The notes under the pieces: model-generated
What the model saw: the letters and a program-made list of their open reading frames with translations, nothing else
The model's database searches: none
What the model was told of the DNA's origin: nothing
DNA from: Candidatus Jordarchaeales archaeon
GTDB taxonomy: Archaea; Asgardarchaeota; Jordiarchaeia; Jordiarchaeales; Freyrarchaeaceae
Length of the DNA stretch: 32,000 nucleotides
Direction of reading: 5' to 3'
Assembly: GCA_038858525.1 (NCBI GenBank)
Contig: JAWCFL010000010.1
Location: 30,001 to 62,000, forward strand
In this document: positions 28,080 to 32,000 of the stretch, piece by piece
Numbering within the stretch: position 1 is the stretch's first letter
How the letters are laid out: each line of letters begins with the position of its first letter
Program-made: the position numbers and the translations under genes

Positions 28080-29291
28080 TTGAACGTAAGAGTTAGCAGG
28101 CTATACAGTCAACCGGTTGAAACCCTCGAGGTCGAAATCGTCGAGAGAAAGGGGATGGGGCACCCAGACAGCCTTTGCGATCACGCCGCCGAAGCTGCAA
28201 GCGTAAGCCTATCAAAGCATTACTTGGAACAGTTCGGGGAAATCCTGCACCACAACGTCGACAAAGCGCTTCTAATCGGAGGAAGAGCCAACGTGAAGTT
28301 CGGCGGAGGAGAAATTCTCGAGCCGATAACGTTCATCCTCGCAGGCAGAGCCACAACGGAAGCAACCACAAAGGAAGGCGTAAAAACTATTCCAGCCGAG
28401 AAAATAGCGATTAAAAGCATCAAGGAAGAGCTCAGTAAATGCCTACGATTCCTAGACGTAGAAAAACACACCGTCATCAAAGCCATACTACGCCCAGGAT
28501 CAACCGACCTACGCCACATATTCGAGGAAGGAAAAAAAGAGGTGCCATTATCAAACGACACAAGCCTAGGCGTCGGATTCGCCCCCCTAACCGAAACAGA
28601 AAGAATAGTCTTAGAGGGAGAAAGATACCTCAACTCCAAAAAAACCAAGGAAAAGCTTCCAGAAGTCGGAGAAGACATAAAAATAATGGCCCTCAGAGAA
28701 AAAGAAAAAATAACGCTAACCGTAGCCGCAGCAATAATAGCCCCCCTCACACCCGACAAAGACCACTACATAAGCGTCAAGGAACAAGTAGAAGCAGAAC
28801 TAGCTGACCTCGCCTCGACATACACAAACAAAGAAGTAGAAGTAAAAGTAAACGTAGGAGACAACTACGAAAAAGGGATATACTACCTCACACTAACAGG
28901 AACATCCGCTGAAAGCGGCGACGACGGACAAGTCGGAAGAGGAAACAGATGCAACGGGCTAATAACTCCTAACAGGCCTATGAGCATGGAAGCAACAGCA
29001 GGAAAAAACCCTTACAGCCACATAGGAAAAATATACAACATCCTAGCAGGCTCCATAGCAAGCAGAGTAGTGATAGAAATAGGAGAAGTAAAAGAAGCGT
29101 ACGCATACGTTCTAGGACAAATAGGAAGAAAAATAAACGACCCATTAATGGTCAACCTGCAACTCATAGTAGACCCAGCCGCTCCATGGAACAGCATACA
29201 AAACGAAGCCCAACAAATAGCAAAAGAAGAAATATCTAAAGTGACAAACATAACAAAACTAATCCTAGAAAAACAAACACCACTATTCTAA
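28080..29291 (+). CDS. mat: Archaeal S-adenosylmethionine synthetase
   Basis: [38 protein letters not shown] and [14 protein letters not shown]. Confidence 0.95.
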   Translation: MNVRVSRLYSQPVETLEVEIVERKGMGHPDSLCDHAAEAASVSLSKHYLEQFGEILHHNVDKALLIGGRANVKFGGGEILEPITFILAGRATTEATTKEGVKTIPAEKIAIKSIKEELSKCLRFLDVEKHTVIKAILRPGSTDLRHIFEEGKKEVPLSNDTSLGVGFAPLTETERIVLEGERYLNSKKTKEKLPEVGEDIKIMALREKEKITLTVAAAIIAPLTPDKDHYISVKEQVEAELADLASTYTNKEVEVKVNVGDNYEKGIYYLTLTGTSAESGDDGQVGRGNRCNGLITPNRPMSMEATAGKNPYSHIGKIYNILAGSIASRVVIEIGEVKEAYAYVLGQIGRKINDPLMVNLQLIVDPAAPWNSIQNEAQQIAKEEISKVTNITKLILEKQTPLF

Positions 29292-29386
29292 CAACACACT
29301 AAACCACCCAAAAACAATAAAAATAAAAAGCAAAAAAAGACACTATAGCAATGTGCGGCCGTCGTCTAGCCTGGACCAGGACGTAG

Positions 29387-29403
29387 ACCCGACAGGGGCG
29401 AAT
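29387..29403 (+). other. tRNA intron 1 (17 nt, position 29/30, relaxed BHB)
   Basis: A-CCC(GACA)GGG-GCGA-AT. Central helix ACGT/GCGA (3 of 4 pairs), bulges AG^A and AT^G, outer helix GG/CC. Confidence 0.7.
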
Positions 29404-29426
29404 GCCCTCCAAGCCTGCGACCCGGG

Positions 29427-29454
29427 TGACGCGCTACGACGGCGCGTCCGGGAA
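29427..29454 (+). other. tRNA intron 2 (28 nt, position 53/54, canonical BHB)
   Basis: T-GACGCGC(TACGACG)GCGCGTC-CGGG-AA. Perfect central helix CCCG/CGGG, bulges GG^T and AA^T. Confidence 0.88.
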
Positions 29455-29760
29455 TTCAAATCCCGGCGGCCGCATCATCACTATTAATTGACTTAATTTT
29501 TATGTAAGCCTTTTTAACGTAGTGTCGTCCACATTTATCTATCTTTGAGTTTGTATGTTCTGTCGGCTTTTATTGTGACGGGTGCTCGTAAGGAGGTTTG
29601 CCATAGAGAAGTTTTTATGTTAAAAATTGAGAATTTAGAAGGAGGTGTGTTTTTTAGGGTATTATTATGCGGAAGTGTGAGGTTTAAGGGTTGAACCCAG
29701 AGCAGTTGGCTGTCGTGATTGCTTCTACACTCCAAATTATTGCCGAAGCGTGTTTTTCGT

Positions 29761-30756
29761 TCAGATTTCTTGCATGGCTTTTCGGAGTATTTCTTCCGCC
29801 ATCTGTCTTGTTGTAGCGTTGCCGCCCAGGTCAGGGGTCACTTTCACTCCTTCAGCTACCACGCTTAACGTGGCGTTTCTGAGCTTTTTGGCCTGGGTGG
29901 TGTATCCTAAGTGATCGAGCATGAGCGCGGCTGCCAGTATTATGCCTGCCGGGTTCGCTATTCCTTTGCCCGCTATGTCTGGTGCGCTTCCATGTATTGC
30001 TTCAAACATCGCGTGCTTGTCTCCTATGTTAGCGGAGGGGCATAATCCTATGCTTCCCACAATACCGGCGCATAGGTCCGAGAGGATGTCTCCGAACATG
30101 TTTGTCGTTAGAATAACGTCGAAGCGCTTTGGGTCAAGGACTATATTCATCGCTGCGGTGTCTACGTGCATTTCCTCAGTCTTGATTTCAGGGTAGCGTG
30201 AAGCGACTTCAAGACATGTTTCCCTAAAGAGGCCGCATGTCTCTTTCATCACGGTTGCCTTGTGTATTATGGTAACCTTGCGTCTTTTCATCTGTGACGC
30301 CATTTTGTAGGCGTACTCGGCTATTCTTCGAGACCCTTCGCGAGTTATCACGCGCACTCCTATGGCGACGTCGCGAGACACCCTGTATTCGATCCCCTTG
30401 TATAGGTCTTCGGTGTTCTCTCGGACTAGAATGACGTCCATCTTTCCCGGATACTGGAAGGGGCGCACGTTAGCGTAAAGGTCCAACGCCTGTCTTAACG
30501 TGACTACTACGCTTTTCGGGCTTTTGGGACCAGGAGGCGTCTCTGTTGGACCCTTAAGCACAGCATCGCAGGACGCTGCGAGCTCTATTGCCTCCTCTCC
30601 TATGAGGAGGCCGCGCCCAGTTTTCTTCATGTAGTCCAAGCCGGCCTCTATAGGGATGAACTCTACCTGTGGTACTATCTTGCTGAGAATTTCAATTGTT
30701 ACGGGGACTATTTCGTGCCCTATGCCGTCCCCTTCGATGTATCCTACTTTTGCCAT
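29761..30756 (-). CDS. leuB: 3-isopropylmalate/isocitrate-family beta-decarboxylating dehydrogenase
   Basis: [38 protein letters not shown] and [18 protein letters not shown]. Exact substrate not determinable from sequence. Confidence 0.85.
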   Translation of the reverse strand: MAKVGYIEGDGIGHEIVPVTIEILSKIVPQVEFIPIEAGLDYMKKTGRGLLIGEEAIELAASCDAVLKGPTETPPGPKSPKSVVVTLRQALDLYANVRPFQYPGKMDVILVRENTEDLYKGIEYRVSRDVAIGVRVITREGSRRIAEYAYKMASQMKRRKVTIIHKATVMKETCGLFRETCLEVASRYPEIKTEEMHVDTAAMNIVLDPKRFDVILTTNMFGDILSDLCAGIVGSIGLCPSANIGDKHAMFEAIHGSAPDIAGKGIANPAGIILAAALMLDHLGYTTQAKKLRNATLSVVAEGVKVTPDLGGNATTRQMAEEILRKAMQEI

Positions 30757-31279
30757 GGGAATCGCCCATGTTTCTTGTAGTATTCCGACAGCCCTCCTGA
30801 CTCTACGATCTCCATTAGGAAGTCAGGTATAGGGTTAGCGCGTAACTCAACGCCACGTGTTATGTTATATATGCGTCCTGTGCTCACGTCAACCTCCAGC
30901 TCGTCTCCTTCCTCAACAGCCTTGGTTATCCCTCTGCATATGAGGAGGGGGAGACCGACGTTGAACGAGTTGCGGTAGAATATTCGAGCGAAGCTTTCAG
31001 CTATGACCATTGAAACGCCTGCATACTTGAGAACCAGTGGTGCCTGCTCCCTGCTTGACCCACAACCAAAGTTTTTCCCGGCAACTATAATGTCTCCTTT
31101 CCTCACTTTCTTAGAGAATTCAGGGTCTATGCCCTCCATGGCATGCCTGGCAAGCTCATTCATATCGAGCGTCTTAAACTTGTACTCTCCGTGTAGCCCG
31201 CGAGGCGAGGCTACATTCCAGGTATGATGTAATCCGTGTTGACGTCATCCGGAAACTTCCAAACTCTACCTTTAATCAA
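30744..31279 (-). CDS. leuD: 3-isopropylmalate dehydratase/homoaconitase small subunit, interrupted by a 29-nt insert; join(31279..31216,31186..30744) gives 168 aa
   Basis: The TTG start overlaps the leuC stop and has GGAGG 7 nt upstream. Exon 1 is [21 protein letters not shown] and exon 2 is (K)[16 protein letters not shown]...[11 protein letters not shown]...SFARIFYRN. Confidence 0.85.
31187..31215 (-). other. Candidate BHB-type intron in leuD mRNA (29 nt)
   Basis: Insert TGTAGCCTCGCCTCGCGGGCTACACGGAG forms a hairpin and contains an in-frame TAG; its removal restores the frame and IIPGKY. Confidence 0.65.
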
Positions 31280-32000
31280 GACTTTTCCTCCCTTGGATCG
31301 CTTATTTCTCCGGTTACCGCCGCCAGAGCAGCGGTGTGGGGTGATGCGAGGTATATTTCAGCCTCATCGCAACCCATTCTCCCTTTAAAGTTTCTGTTCG
31401 CCGTCGAAACGACAACATCGCCAGGAGACGGAATTCCCTGGTGGGTTCCTACGCACGGACCACATCCCGGATTGCAGACCGTGGCGCCTGCCTTGATGAA
31501 TGCTTCTATCAGTCCTTCCCTTAGGGCTTTAAGGTAAACTTCTCTGGATGCAGGCACTATTATCGTTCTCACCTTAACCTTTCTGTCCTTCATTACTCTT
31601 CCAGCTATTCTGAGGTCTTCTATCCGCCCATTAGTGCAAGTTCCTATGAAGACTTGGTTTACAGGAGTTCCTTCAACTTTCTCTATTGGTTTAACGTTGT
31701 CTACGGAGTGGGGGCATGCAACAACTGGAACCAGGTTCCCGGCGTCGATTTCAAGCTTCTCGCTGAACTCAGCATCCTCGTCGCTCGCCAACAGCTCGTA
31801 TCCCTCAGTAATTTCCCTCTCCTTGAGGAAGCCCACCACCTTTTCATCTGGAGCTACGAGACCGGTTTTGCCTCCCATTTCCACAGCCATGTTGCAGAGT
31901 GTCATCCGGCTATCCAAGCTGAGCTCCTTCACCGTACTCCCCGTGTACTCAACTGCCATGTAAGTGGCTCCGTCAGCTCCAACCTTGCCGATAACAGTTA
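31276..32000 (-). CDS. leuC: 3-isopropylmalate dehydratase/homoaconitase large subunit, C-terminal part; 5' end lies outside the window
   Basis: The frame is open to the window edge (TVIGKVGADGATY). RMTLCNM, FIGTCTNGR, PGCGPC, STANRNF and YLASP. Confidence 0.92.
   Translation of the reverse strand, partial: TVIGKVGADGATYMAVEYTGSTVKELSLDSRMTLCNMAVEMGGKTGLVAPDEKVVGFLKEREITEGYELLASDEDAEFSEKLEIDAGNLVPVVACPHSVDNVKPIEKVEGTPVNQVFIGTCTNGRIEDLRIAGRVMKDRKVKVRTIIVPASREVYLKALREGLIEAFIKAGATVCNPGCGPCVGTHQGIPSPGDVVVSTANRNFKGRMGCDEAEIYLASPHTAALAAVTGEISDPREEKS

Larger units (their letters stand above)
29355..29474 (+). tRNA. tRNA-Gly (anticodon TCC) with two non-canonical introns (29/30 and 53/54)
   Basis: Acceptor stem GCGGCCG/CGGCCGC plus A73; D arm GTCT/GGAC; anticodon stem TAG^GC/GCCTG; variable loop CGAC; T arm CCGGG^TTCAAAT-CCCGG. 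CCA is not encoded. Position 33 is C. Confidence 0.85.

Noticed and set aside
28175-29251. Arg/His-rich and antisense ORFs overlapping mat (28175, 28439, 28220, 29012)
   Set aside because: Shadow frames produced by the extreme A/C wobble bias of a clearly identified gene.
29384-29417. Alternative readings of the tRNA as Val(GAC) with a 37/38 intron or as Trp(CCA)
   Set aside because: These give a mismatched anticodon stem or no BHB. The acceptor stem, A73 and 4-nt variable loop match archaeal tRNA-Gly.
29475-29760. Canonical oriC (ORB repeats) or an att site at the tRNA 3' end
   Set aside because: No ORB-like TCCAGTGGAAA boxes, orc1/cdc6, integrase or repeated tRNA 3' end were noticed by eye. 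The skew itself is kept as a finding.
30744-31163. ORF-track call of a 139-aa LeuD starting at MNELARH
   Set aside because: It lacks the conserved N-terminus (GRVWKF..DVNTD.IIP), which is present upstream in another frame with its own SD and TTG.
31211-31216. In-frame TAG followed by a hairpin in leuD as pyrrolysine or stop-codon readthrough
   Set aside because: Readthrough stays out of frame with the rest of LeuD and reaches TGA 16 codons later, so it cannot yield the protein.
651-31963. Other antisense or overlapping ORFs in the track (e.g. 651..1100, 974..1462, 2460..2939, 4104..4460, 15113..15358, 27257..27514, 31634..31963)
   Set aside because: They lie within well-supported genes and show no family motifs.
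1-32000. CRISPR arrays, rRNA genes, IS elements
   Set aside because: No regularly spaced repeats, rRNA-like sequence or transposase ORFs were seen.

Overview
Archaeal chromosomal window, probably from an Asgard-type lineage (inferred from a Rab-like small GTPase, a single-domain Get3 ATPase and archaeal housekeeping genes; lineage not confirmed). In order: an archaeal CoA-precursor operon (pantoate kinase, phosphopantothenate synthetase, panE, mfnA-type decarboxylase); a Rab-like GTPase; an M42 peptidase; trmO; a six-gene operon (YgcE-like FGGY kinase, GlpABC, an alkyl-DHAP-synthase-like flavoprotein, a second Fe-S subunit); Get3/ArsA with a small 3-TM neighbour; a degenerate alkaline-phosphatase-fold protein; thiC; an Sm protein; DUF460; rio2; an ArsR regulator; nurA-herA; an ABC-2 exporter operon; mat; tRNA-Gly(TCC) with two non-canonical bulge-helix-bulge (BHB) introns; and the 3' part of a leuC-leuD-leuB operon. 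The main observation is that leuD is interrupted by a 29-nt hairpin insert (31187-31215) that adds an in-frame UAG and a frameshift. Removing it in a relaxed BHB register restores a full-length 168-aa LeuD, so it is a candidate intron in a protein-coding gene, 1.7 kb from a tRNA whose introns have the same architecture. There is also a sharp switch in G/C strand skew across the tRNA. No CRISPR array, rRNA, transposase or integrase was seen.
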